From: Acidimicrobiia bacterium | Lineage (GTDB): Bacteria; Actinomycetota; Acidimicrobiia; IMCC26256; DASPTH01 | Assembly: GCA_040510575.1 (NCBI GenBank) | Contig: JBEVIU010000102.1 | Coordinates: forward strand, 1-62,273 | DNA: 62,273 bases | Direction of reading: 5' to 3' | In this document: in pieces, positions 24,987-33,592 of the stretch | Position numbering within the stretch: the stretch's first letter is position 1 | Layout of the letters: every line of letters begins with the position of its first letter | Notes under the pieces: generated by a model | Told to the model about the DNA's origin: nothing | Databases searched by the model: none | Seen by the model: only the letters and a program-made list of their open reading frames with translations | Position numbers and translations under genes: made by a program

Positions 24987-26276
24987 TCACCAGTTCGTGA
25001 CCGGCGGCGGCTCGTCGGGCAGCGCGACCGACGGACGGAGCGGGAGGCCGCTGTCGCCGCCGACGGTCTTGGTCGCCATCACCTGGTGGATCTCACCCTC
25101 GTCCTGCTCGAAGCCCAGCGCCGCGGCCGCCATGTAGAGGCGCCACACCCGGGCTCGCCCGGCGCCGGCTTCGCGCACTGCGGCACTCCAGTCGGCTTCG
25201 AGGTTCTTCACCCACTGGCGCAGCGTGAGCGCGTAGTGCTCGCGCAGGCTCTCGACGTGACGCACCTCGAAGCGCGCGGCCTGCATCGCGGAGACCACCG
25301 CGCCCACTTCGTGCAGCTCGCCGTCGGGGAACACATAGCGCTCGGTGAAGTCGCGGCTGAGGCCGCGCCGGGCGAACCGGCCGTGCGTCGCGATCGGCAT
25401 GTGTGCGGCGCGGCTGATGCCGTGGTTGACGAACCGCCCCTGTGGTGCGAGCAGCGCGTGGCAGCGTTCGAAGTAGTCGGCGAGCTGCGAGAGGCCGACG
25501 TGCTCGAACATCCCGATCGAGGTCACCGCGTCGTACGGACCGTCGGTGATGTCGCGGTAGTCGCCGTGACGGATCTCGACGACGTCGTCGAGATGGAGCT
25601 CCTTCGCTCTGATGCGTGCGTGGTCGGCCTGAGGCTTCGAGAGGGTGACGCCGACCGCGTGCACGCCGTGGTGTCGTGCTGCGTGGAGCACCATCCCGCC
25701 CCAGCCGCAGCCGATGTCGAGCAACCGCGTGCCGGGGCGAAGCCCGAGCTTCCGCGCGACCAGCTCGTGCTTGTTCGCCTGTGCGGCTTCGAGCGTGGTG
25801 GTCGTGTCGGTCCACACGGCGCAGGAGTACGTGAGCGACGGCCCGAGGACGATCCGGTAGAACTCGTTCGACACGTCGTAGTGGAAGGAGATCGCCGCCG
25901 CGTCCCGCGCCTTCGAGTGGCGTCGCCCACGGAGCCGGGCTTCTTCGGGCGGCGGCGGCAGCGGGCGCAGCGCGTGCATCCCCAGCAACTTGAAGGCGGA
26001 CGCGATCTGTGCCGGCCGCACCTTCACCTCTTGGAGGGTCGTGAGCATCTGCAGCACGTCGAACACGTCGCCATCGATCTCGAAATCGCCCGCCACGTAT
26101 GCGCGTCCGAAGCCCAACTCGTCGGGAGCGGTCGCGATGCGCCGTAGTGCATCCGACGACTGCACGACGACCGTCGTGCGGGCGCCGGCTGGTCCGATCG
26201 CGCTGCCGTCGTAGGCGCGGAACCGCACGGGCAGCTCCGAGCCGAGGACGTCGCCGAGGAATTCGGACACGGTCAT
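24987..26276 (-). CDS. cyclopropane-fatty-acyl-phospholipid synthase family SAM-dependent methyltransferase
   Basis: 429 aa. The segments HYDVSNEFYRIVLGPSLTYSCAVW, the SAM motif LLDIGCGWGG and SIGMFEHVG.. are typical of the CFA/mycolic-acid methyltransferase family. Confidence 0.9.
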   Translation of the reverse strand: MTVSEFLGDVLGSELPVRFRAYDGSAIGPAGARTTVVVQSSDALRRIATAPDELGFGRAYVAGDFEIDGDVFDVLQMLTTLQEVKVRPAQIASAFKLLGMHALRPLPPPPEEARLRGRRHSKARDAAAISFHYDVSNEFYRIVLGPSLTYSCAVWTDTTTTLEAAQANKHELVARKLGLRPGTRLLDIGCGWGGMVLHAARHHGVHAVGVTLSKPQADHARIRAKELHLDDVVEIRHGDYRDITDGPYDAVTSIGMFEHVGLSQLADYFERCHALLAPQGRFVNHGISRAAHMPIATHGRFARRGLSRDFTERYVFPDGELHEVGAVVSAMQAARFEVRHVESLREHYALTLRQWVKNLEADWSAAVREAGAGRARVWRLYMAAAALGFEQDEGEIHQVMATKTVGGDSGLPLRPSVALPDEPPPVTNW

Positions 26277-26301
26277 GGCTCACCTCCTTCGAGGCATGCG
26301 A

Positions 26302-26676
26302 TCAGCCGTCGAGACGCGCGATCAGTGTCTTCGGCGCCACGGTGCGATACGCGTCTTCGCAGATCTCTGCGATCTCGTCCCAATCGAGGTCCGTGTCGAG
26401 GCGTACCCCGATCCAGCCCCGATGACCCACGTACGGCGGCCGGAAGACGCGGGCCGGCTCGGCCGCGACCATCGCTTCCTGCGCACCCGGTGGGGCAGCG
26501 CACCAGAGGTGCGGGAAGTGGTGGTCGTGATGGCCGTCGATCCAGGCCATCACGAACGTCTTCTTGTCGCGGACGAAGAAGGTCGGTGCACTGTGGCTCG
26601 GGCGCTCGTTGACCTCTGGGAAACCCAAGCAGATCTCACGGACTCGAGCGAGGGGACCTCTGCCTGCGCCGGCCAT
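26302..26676 (-). CDS. MmcQ/YjbR family protein
   Basis: 124 aa. The segments ..ICLGFPEVNERPSHSAPTFFVRDKKTFVM.. and ..RPPYVGHRGWIGVRLD..DWDEIAEICEDAYRTVAPK match the YjbR-like pattern. Confidence 0.75.
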   Translation of the reverse strand: MAGAGRGPLARVREICLGFPEVNERPSHSAPTFFVRDKKTFVMAWIDGHHDHHFPHLWCAAPPGAQEAMVAAEPARVFRPPYVGHRGWIGVRLDTDLDWDEIAEICEDAYRTVAPKTLIARLDG

Positions 26677-26725
26677 GCACGAAGCCTCGCGCGACCGGGC
26701 AGGGGGAGGTGGTTGACTGCGTCGG

Positions 26726-27808
26726 GTGGAGCTGCACTCGGACCCGACGGCGCCGGCGGGTGGGACCAGGGTGCTCGCGGTCGAGGGTCACGACGTGGTC
26801 GCGCAGCTGTCCGTGCCGCCCGAGCTCGACGGTGTGGTCGCCATCGATGTGGCGGCGCCCACGCACGTGAGGCGTCTCGAGGCGCGCGCGTTGCTCGACG
26901 CCGCGTTCGGCCTCTCCACGGGGGATGGGCCGACACGAGGGCTGCTGGTGAGCGACGAGCTGGTGCGGTACGAGGCGCGGTGCCGCGGGTTCACGGGCGC
27001 GCTTCGCGCCCAGCTCGACGCCCCGGGCGCCGAACCCATCGGCTCGCTCCCTGAGCTCGACATCGCGGAAGCCGTCGGCGCGCTGCTCCCCGCGTGCGAG
27101 GTGCGTCATCGTCGATCGCTGTTCCGCGCACCCGACCTTCACGTGGCAGCGCGCGACGGTCGCGGCGCGCTGCGTGTCCGTCTTCCGCGCGACACCGAGG
27201 TGATGGCGGAGCCGATTGCGGCTGCACTGGACACCGCGCTCGCGGTGAAGGCGCGCTTCGGTCGCGCCGCGTCGGGGATCGGCGGCTTGTCGTTCGACCA
27301 CGGTGGTGAAGCGCTCGCGACGGGCGCGATCTCTGGGTTGGCCGAGGGCGCGTCGGGTGTCGTGGTCCTCACGCCGAACTTCGTCGGCGCCGACCTCCTC
27401 GCCGAGGAACGGCGCGCTCGCGCGGACGCGGGTTGGCGGGTTCGCCCTGCGCCCGCCTCGGCGCGACCGTTCGCTCCGCTCGACGGGGTCGTCGCGCACG
27501 AGTGCTGGCACTACCTCGACGCCGAGATCCGCGTGTCCGGCACCGCCTACATCGAGTTCAACGCCGCACTCGGTGATGCCCTCGGCGTCGGCACCCTCGA
27601 GCACGCGCTGCGAGGTCGTGAGCGCGACGCGCCGCCCGAGTGGCGCGATGCGCACGAGCGATTGGTGCACGACGTGTCCGCGTACGCGGGCACCAACCCG
27701 CGCGAGGCGTCGGCCGAGATGTTCAGCCTGTGGTGGACGACGCCCGAACCACGGGCGCCGGTCATCGAGCGGTTCGGCGAGCTGGTCGAGCGCTACTTCC
27801 CTCGCTGA
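26726..27808 (+). CDS. hypothetical protein with C-terminal HExxH (putative zinc-metallopeptidase-like) region
   Basis: 360 aa with a GTG start. VVAHECWHYLD (HExxH) is followed about 70 aa later by ..NPREASAEMF... The N-terminal ~100 aa is vaguely GNAT-like. No family was recognised. Confidence 0.65.
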   Translation: MELHSDPTAPAGGTRVLAVEGHDVVAQLSVPPELDGVVAIDVAAPTHVRRLEARALLDAAFGLSTGDGPTRGLLVSDELVRYEARCRGFTGALRAQLDAPGAEPIGSLPELDIAEAVGALLPACEVRHRRSLFRAPDLHVAARDGRGALRVRLPRDTEVMAEPIAAALDTALAVKARFGRAASGIGGLSFDHGGEALATGAISGLAEGASGVVVLTPNFVGADLLAEERRARADAGWRVRPAPASARPFAPLDGVVAHECWHYLDAEIRVSGTAYIEFNAALGDALGVGTLEHALRGRERDAPPEWRDAHERLVHDVSAYAGTNPREASAEMFSLWWTTPEPRAPVIERFGELVERYFPR

Positions 27809-27834
27809 TCGGGCCTCGCTGATGAGGCTTCGGG

Positions 27835-28440
27835 TCAGCTCCGCGCTTCGCGGAGCGCGCGTCGCCAGACGCTGCGGTACGCGTCGAGGCCGTCGGTGGA
27901 GAGCCAGGTCTGTGGGCCCGACGCGATCGCGACCCGCTCCGACACGGTGCCCCACACCGGCACGTTGGCCTCCTTCCACGCCTCGACCATGTCCTGATAG
28001 TCGCGGGTGTAGGTGCGAGCGGAGCAGATGACGAGGCCGACCGGCGTCTTGGTCGGCACGAGATCGAGCACGGCTTCGACCCGTGGAGTCTCGACGCCAC
28101 CCACGCGGGTGGGGATCACGACCGCCGATGCCTGCTCGATTGCCTTCGCGAGGAGCCGTTCGTGACCGGGAGGGGTGTCGACGATCGCCACCTCGTCGTC
28201 GTCGACCCGGTCGATCGCCTTCACGACGAGTCGGTCCGTGGGGGCCTCGACGAGGGTGATGTGCTCGAACACCTCGTCCTCGCCCAGCTCGAGCCAATCA
28301 GCCGAGCTCGCCTGCGGATCGGCGTCGATCAGGGTCGTCGGTCGGTTGGTCGATGCCGCCACGGCGGCGAGGTACACCGAGGTGGTCGTCTTGCCCACGC
28401 CGCCCTTGAGTGCTGCCACCACGATGATCACCGGCGTCAA
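27835..28440 (-). CDS. ParA/MinD-like P-loop ATPase (short, orphan)
   Basis: 201 aa with a TTG start (alternative GTG at 28431). It has the deviant Walker A KGGVGKTT and DTPPG (Walker B region). No parB-like gene is adjacent. Confidence 0.85.
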   Translation of the reverse strand: MTPVIIVVAALKGGVGKTTTSVYLAAVAASTNRPTTLIDADPQASSADWLELGEDEVFEHITLVEAPTDRLVVKAIDRVDDDEVAIVDTPPGHERLLAKAIEQASAVVIPTRVGGVETPRVEAVLDLVPTKTPVGLVICSARTYTRDYQDMVEAWKEANVPVWGTVSERVAIASGPQTWLSTDGLDAYRSVWRRALREARS

Positions 28441-28479
28441 GGTAGCGACCCCGATGGGCTGCGGCCAACGGGCGACCAG

Positions 28480-28770
28480 TCAGCCGGTTCCGTACTCCAC
28501 CACTTCGACCTCGTACCCGTCGGGATCGTAGAAGTAGATCCGCCGGCCGGGGTCGTACTCGCCTTCGAGATGGACGGTCGCGCCGAGACCGTCGAGTCGA
28601 GCTCGCACGTCGCCGAGATCGTCGACGACGAAGCCGAAGTGGTTCATGCCCGGCCGCATGTGGTCGTGGTCGACCGTGCCCTCGGCCGTGGCCTCGAAGA
28701 GGGCGAGATGGGCGCGGTCGTCGCCGACGTGGGCGCCCAGACGGGTGCGGAGGGCACCGTACGACCTCAA
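28480..28770 (-). CDS. VOC (glyoxalase/bleomycin-resistance) family protein, N-terminally truncated or pseudogene
   Basis: ..GMNHFGFVVDDLGDVRARLDGLGATV..GRRIYFYDPDGYEVEVVEY is the C-terminal VOC module. The first beta-alpha unit is missing. The only upstream start (TTG at 28770) lies inside the SoxR-type operator, and the first ATG is at 28659. Confidence 0.5.
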   Translation of the reverse strand: MRSYGALRTRLGAHVGDDRAHLALFEATAEGTVDHDHMRPGMNHFGFVVDDLGDVRARLDGLGATVHLEGEYDPGRRIYFYDPDGYEVEVVEYGTG

Positions 28771-28786
28771 GTTTCCTTGAAGTCAA
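28756..28786 (-). promoter_or_regulatory. SoxR-type (MerR-class) promoter/operator: TTGACT-N19-TACGGT with a SoxR-box palindrome in the spacer
   Basis: The minus strand reads TTGACT TCAAGGAAACTTGAGGTCG TACGGT. The palindrome ACTTCAAG-GAAA-CTTGAGGT has one mismatch to the CCTCAAG-N4-CTTGAGG core. Confidence 0.6.
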
Positions 28787-28838
28787 GGGGAATCGCCGAC
28801 TCGCCGGCAAAATTCTGTCGCGCTCCTAGGCTGGGGTC

Positions 28839-29117
28839 ATGTGCCGAAACATCACCGAGCTCCGCGGGCTCGAACCTCCGGCAACGCGTGAAGAGATCGA
28901 GGCCGCGGCAATGCAGTTCGTGCGCAAGGTCACCGGGGTCACCAAGCCAACGGGCGCCACGCACGACGACATGCACGCGACCGCGCACGAGATCGCCGAG
29001 CTGACCGCTGCGTTGCTCGAGCGCATCCCGGCGCGGCGCCAACCACCGAAGACCATGCCGCCGCTGCGGCGACCAGAGGTGCGCGCGCGCCTCGGCCTGG
29101 AGCCGTTCCCGGTCTGA
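28839..29117 (+). CDS. DUF2277 domain protein
   Basis: 92 aa. The N-terminus MCRNITELRGLEPPATREEIEAAAMQFVRKVTG is the hallmark of DUF2277. Confidence 0.75.
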   Translation: MCRNITELRGLEPPATREEIEAAAMQFVRKVTGVTKPTGATHDDMHATAHEIAELTAALLERIPARRQPPKTMPPLRRPEVRARLGLEPFPV

Positions 29118-29217
29118 CGGTCCGCCTGGCCTGAGCGAGGCGCGACCAGACAACCACGCGCGCATCTGACAAGCTCGCTCCGGAGCGTCTCGATCACCGG
29201 AGAGGGAGCGGGCGCGC

Positions 29218-30495
29218 ATGAAGGTTCATTCGTCGCCCGGCGTCGCCGTCCGCCGCACCGGGGTCGAGCCGAGCGCACCCGGCGATCGGCGACGGGTCGA
29301 GTTCGCCATCCGCGTCGCGATCGCCAGTGCGCTCGCGTTCCAGGTGTTTCAACGATTCGTCAACAATGGGTACGAGCTGAGCGCGTACGGGCGCTCACTC
29401 TGGTACGTCTCGTACGAGTTCGGTTTCGTTCGGCGTGGTCTCGCCGGCGAGCTGCTGCGTCGGGCGCTCGGGCACACGCCGACGGTGCCGCAGGTCGCGA
29501 TGGTGCAGAACGCGATTGCGGTGATCACCGTGATGGCAGCCGCGTGGTTGGTCGTCGTGCTGTGCCGCCAACGCACCGTCATCGGGTACGCGATCGCGGC
29601 ACTGCTGGCGGTCTCGCCGTTCGGCTTCGACTTCGTCGGTGGATCGAAACGTCCGGACCTGGTGGCGTTCCTCTTGCTCGCACTCGTCGCGGTCTGGAGT
29701 ACGACGACGCGCGTTGACCCGATCGTGTTGGGTGCGGTGAGTGGTGCGCTGCTCGCACTCTCGGCGTTGTTCAGCGAGGCGGGCCCCCTGGTCGTCGCGC
29801 CGTGGCTGGTGCTGCTCGTGCTCGTCTTGGCGCGTTCACGCGGGCGCTCGCGTTGGGAGTGCGGCATCGCGGGGGTGTTGGCCGCGGCGCCGTCGGTGCT
29901 CGCATTGGGCGCGCTCGCGCTCACGGGCCGCGCATCGGCGGCCGCGGTGGCGGCGCTCGAACAGGTCGCGCCACTCGACGTCGGTGGGCGCGGCACGGTG
30001 TTCCCCTACCTCGACGACACCGTGCTGGTGAGCATGGGCAAGGTCGGCACCCGCTTTCCCGTGACGTCGCTCGTGGTCGGTGCGTTCCTGGTCGGCACGA
30101 TCTGCTTCCTCGGGCGTCGATTGCGGCCCGTCGTGGCGTCGGTCATCTCGTGGGCGCTTCCCACGCCGGCGTGGCGCCGGCTGTGGTCAGTCGGGTTCGT
30201 CGGCGTCACGGTCCTCTTGTTCGGACTCGGGTTCGACTGGATGCGTTGGGTCACTTCGATCATGTTCGCCGCGTCGCTTGCCGGCGGCGCGATCGTCGTG
30301 ATCGTCGGACGCGGCGTGACGGCGCCGGAGGACATGATCCGCTGGTACCGACCGGTGCCGTCGCGTGTCTTGCTCTCGCTCCCAGCGGTGACGTCGTTGG
30401 CGATTGCGGGCTACCTGTTGCTGCTCCCACCGCTGCCGACCGCAGTCGACAACATCGGTCGTGCCGCCCACCTGCTGATGAATGCCCCAGGCTGA
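29218..30495 (+). CDS. polytopic integral membrane protein, hypothetical
   Basis: 425 aa with about 10 hydrophobic helices and high GC3. No family motif was recognised. Confidence 0.7.
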   Translation: MKVHSSPGVAVRRTGVEPSAPGDRRRVEFAIRVAIASALAFQVFQRFVNNGYELSAYGRSLWYVSYEFGFVRRGLAGELLRRALGHTPTVPQVAMVQNAIAVITVMAAAWLVVVLCRQRTVIGYAIAALLAVSPFGFDFVGGSKRPDLVAFLLLALVAVWSTTTRVDPIVLGAVSGALLALSALFSEAGPLVVAPWLVLLVLVLARSRGRSRWECGIAGVLAAAPSVLALGALALTGRASAAAVAALEQVAPLDVGGRGTVFPYLDDTVLVSMGKVGTRFPVTSLVVGAFLVGTICFLGRRLRPVVASVISWALPTPAWRRLWSVGFVGVTVLLFGLGFDWMRWVTSIMFAASLAGGAIVVIVGRGVTAPEDMIRWYRPVPSRVLLSLPAVTSLAIAGYLLLLPPLPTAVDNIGRAAHLLMNAPG

Positions 30496-30511
30496 ACGGG
30501 CGACGCGGAGC

Positions 30512-31252
30512 TCAGCCGGTTCGTTTGCGTCCGACGACGGTGCGCAGGCCACGTGGCAGCACCTCTGACCCGAAGGACTCGCGCACCTCCACGTCGACAC
30601 CGTGCTGCGCGAACAGCGCGGGAAGGGTGGTGGTGTCGAGCAACACGTTGTGGTGCTCCTCGTCGTCGCGCCGCCAGCGCCCGTCGGCATCGGGGACGAA
30701 GCAGGTGATGTAGCGGACGTAGTCATCGGGCGTGGGCAGCTCGTAGCGCGTGACGATGGCCCAGTCATCTGCCACGCGGCCCTCGTTCGGCTGCCCACGT
30801 CGTAGTTCGCCCCACTCGAAGTCGCAGACGTCGAACGCCAACACTCCGCCTGGTCGCAACGCGTCGGCGAACGCGATGAGCGCGAGCGCGATCGCGTCGG
30901 CGTCGGGCAGATAGTTGATCGGGTGCCCGACGCCGACGATCGCATCGGCAGCTGGGATCGGGTCGTCGGGGAGGCGGAGCGCTGCGAGTCCCTCCGCGTC
31001 GGGCACGACCGTGCGCGCGAGGTCGAGCATCGCCGGGGACGCGTCGGTCGCGAGCACGCGCAGACCGGCGTCGACGAGGTAGCGCGTGAGCAGTCCGCTG
31101 CCGCATCCGAATTCGACCACGAGGCCACCGCGTTCACGCACCGGCTGGAGCAGCGTCACGATCCCCGGCGCGCACGCGTCGGCGTGGAACCCGAAGCCCC
31201 GGTGATGCACGAGGGCGAGGTCCGGTCGGTAGTAGGGCGCGGCGTCGGTCAT
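30512..31252 (-). CDS. class I SAM-dependent methyltransferase
   Basis: 246 aa from the ATG at 31252, with SAM motif I VVEFGCGSG. The upstream part of ORF 30512-31774 has poor coding character. Confidence 0.85.
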   Translation of the reverse strand: MTDAAPYYRPDLALVHHRGFGFHADACAPGIVTLLQPVRERGGLVVEFGCGSGLLTRYLVDAGLRVLATDASPAMLDLARTVVPDAEGLAALRLPDDPIPAADAIVGVGHPINYLPDADAIALALIAFADALRPGGVLAFDVCDFEWGELRRGQPNEGRVADDWAIVTRYELPTPDDYVRYITCFVPDADGRWRRDDEEHHNVLLDTTTLPALFAQHGVDVEVRESFGSEVLPRGLRTVVGRKRTG

Positions 31253-31357
31253 GTCGGGATCCTGCACCGGCGGGAGGGGTGTGGTCGACCGAATTTCGGT
31301 CCTTCGGGGGGCAGGCCATGATCTCGGTGCACGAGGAGTACGAGACGGGAGCACGAG

Positions 31358-31765
31358 ATGGATCCGGCGACGATGCGAGAGCGACTGGCGTTCGCTCCGG
31401 TCGCGCGGCTCGCGACGGTGGGACGCGTGGCCACCCCGCATCTCGTGCCGTGTTGTCACGTCCTCATCGGCGATGTCGTCTACACCGCGGTCGACGACGT
31501 GAAACCGAAGGCGTCGCTCGCCCTTCGGCGATTGGAGAACCTGCGTGCGGAACCGCGGGCGGCGCTCCTCGTCGATCACTACGACGACGACTGGTCGACC
31601 CTGTGGTGGGTACGCGTCGACGGTTCGGCACGCCTGCTCGACGGCGGCGAAGAGCGGGAGCACTCGCTCGACGCCCTTGTCGAGAAGTACCCGCAGTACG
31701 CACGGGCGCGCCCGCCTGGCACAGTCATCGCCCTCGACATCACCCGTTGGACCGCCTGGCCCTGA
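31358..31765 (+). CDS. PPOX-class F420-dependent oxidoreductase (TIGR03668-like)
   Basis: 135 aa. The segments ..VARLATVG..PHLVPCC..VYTAVDDVKPK..LRRLENLRAEPRAALLVDHYDDDWSTLWWVRVDG.. match the family pattern. Confidence 0.8.
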   Translation: MDPATMRERLAFAPVARLATVGRVATPHLVPCCHVLIGDVVYTAVDDVKPKASLALRRLENLRAEPRAALLVDHYDDDWSTLWWVRVDGSARLLDGGEEREHSLDALVEKYPQYARARPPGTVIALDITRWTAWP

Positions 31766-31850
31766 CCAGGCCATGGACGCGACCGAAATGCGGGGTTAGA
31801 ACGGTGTGCCACAGCGAGTGGTTCTGCGCAGAACCGATGAGGAGACCGCC

Positions 31851-32192
31851 ATGGGTGTGTTCAACGGCTTGTTCCCGGTGTTGCCGGGCAAGGAAGACGC
31901 GTTCCGCAGCTTCGTCAAGGAAGTCGACGGTCCCCGGCGAGAAGGCTTCGCCAGCCTGCAGTCACGCGGCGACGTCACGCGCGAGACGTGGACGCTGGCA
32001 TCGACGCCCGAGGGCTCGGTCGTCGTGGTGTGGTTCGAGGGCAATGTCGAGAAGGCGTTCGCCGATCTCGCGACCGACGACGACGAGTTCACCGTCTGGT
32101 TCCGCGACCGCATCCTCGACGTCACGGGAATGGACATGTCGGTGACTGACGGCAGTCCGCCGCCCGAGACCGTCCTCGACTGGTCCGCCTGA
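31851..32192 (+). CDS. hypothetical protein
   Basis: 113 aa from the ATG at 31851, preceded by GAGGAG, with high GC3. No family was recognised. Confidence 0.55.
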   Translation: MGVFNGLFPVLPGKEDAFRSFVKEVDGPRREGFASLQSRGDVTRETWTLASTPEGSVVVVWFEGNVEKAFADLATDDDEFTVWFRDRILDVTGMDMSVTDGSPPPETVLDWSA

Positions 32193-32214
32193 CCGCGCCA
32201 CGGGGGGTCGCGCG

Positions 32215-33039
32215 GTGCAGTACGCCGTGAGCCTCCCCGCGTTCTCGGAGTGGTCCGACCCGCTCGTCGTCATGGACATGGCCGCCGAGGCCGACGCCGC
32301 AGGCTGGGACGCGTTCTTCCTCTGGGATCACGTGAGCTGGAACCCCGCGTGGGGAGGCACGCCGCCGATGGCCGATCCGTGGCTGTGCCTCGCCGCCGCC
32401 GCGACGGTCACGTCGCACGTGTTGCTGGGCACCATGGTCACACCGTTGCCGCGCCGCCGCCCGCAGGTGCTGGCTCGCGAGTTGGTGACGCTCGATCAAC
32501 TGTCGGGTGGGCGCGCGGTCCTCGGCGTCGGGATCGGCGACGACTTCGAGTACGAAGCGTTCGGTGAGGCGCTCGGCGATCGTGGCGCCCGCCTCGACGA
32601 GTCACTCACAGTGCTCATTTCCCTGCTCACGGGGGAGCCGGTCGACTTCGAGGGCACCCACCTCGTGATGCGGAGCCCGCCATCGTTGCCGCGACCGGTG
32701 CACGGCACGATCCCGATCTGGGTCGGCGGGCACTGGCCGAACCCCGCGCCGTTCGCGCGCGCGGCGCGCTACGACGGTGTCGTGCCTCGCAAGGCGGGAT
32801 CGGAACGCGGTGAGGTCTTCACGACCGATGACTTCCTGGCCATTCGCGCCGCGGTGGGACGTGACGATGGCGACTTCGCGTACGTGGCCAGTGGATCGAC
32901 CGAGACACCGAACGACACGGCGACCGTTCGCGCGTGGGAGACCGCCGGCGCCAACTGGTGGTTGGAGTCGTTGTATCCGTTCGGAGGTCGTGCCGATGCG
33001 ATGCGCGATCGCCTCGGCGCCGGCCCGCCGACGCTCTAG
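32215..33039 (+). CDS. LLM-class (luciferase-like) flavin/F420-dependent oxidoreductase
   Basis: 274 aa with a GTG start. The segments ..AEADAAGWDAFFLWDH.., ..LLGTMVTPLPRRRPQVLARELVTLDQLSGGRAVLGVGIG.. and ..PIWVGG.. fit the family. Confidence 0.85.
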   Translation: MQYAVSLPAFSEWSDPLVVMDMAAEADAAGWDAFFLWDHVSWNPAWGGTPPMADPWLCLAAAATVTSHVLLGTMVTPLPRRRPQVLARELVTLDQLSGGRAVLGVGIGDDFEYEAFGEALGDRGARLDESLTVLISLLTGEPVDFEGTHLVMRSPPSLPRPVHGTIPIWVGGHWPNPAPFARAARYDGVVPRKAGSERGEVFTTDDFLAIRAAVGRDDGDFAYVASGSTETPNDTATVRAWETAGANWWLESLYPFGGRADAMRDRLGAGPPTL

Positions 33040-33437
33040 CGCTCGAGAGCGGTCACCTGCGAAGTGTCCCGGGCCAGCTCGAACCACACGATCTTGCCGT
33101 CGTCGCCGAACTGACATCCCCAGTTCGTGGCGATCGCGTCCACCAAGAGCAGGCCACGTCCGCCGAGCTCGTCCGGATTCGGGACGCGGACGATCGGCTC
33201 CTCGAGCGACTCGTCGAACACCTCCACGCGCAGGCAGTGCTCGTCGAGCTCGATACTGAGACGAATGCGCGATCCCGCATGCCTGACCGCATTGGTGACG
33301 AGCTCCGTCACGAGCAACGCGACGTCTTCGATCTCTTCGTCGGTGAGCCAGGGACCCAGGAGCGTCCGCGTGTGTTCACGGGCCGCGCGAGGACTGAATT
33401 GCGTGGGGGTGAAGTCAACGGATGCCCTGGGTTGCAT
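33036..33437 (-). CDS. ATP-binding protein, RsbW-like anti-sigma factor/serine kinase (HATPase_c_2)
   Basis: 133 aa from the ATG at 33437. The translation reads ..LLVTELVTNAVRHAGS..LRVEVFD..GGRGLLLVDAIATNWG.. No cognate anti-anti-sigma or sigma gene is adjacent. Confidence 0.8.
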   Translation of the reverse strand: MQPRASVDFTPTQFSPRAAREHTRTLLGPWLTDEEIEDVALLVTELVTNAVRHAGSRIRLSIELDEHCLRVEVFDESLEEPIVRVPNPDELGGRGLLLVDAIATNWGCQFGDDGKIVWFELARDTSQVTALER

Positions 33438-33592
33438 GCGGAACCTGCGATCGCGAACTTGGCGGATCGGCAAGAGCTCTCGGCAAGCGGGGTCTGGGCC
33501 AGACTCGAGGGTCACTGTCGTTCGTGGAGTTCCTACCACCGATGGACGCCTTGCGAAACAGGCGAACCTCGTCGCGGTTGGATACTCCCCAG

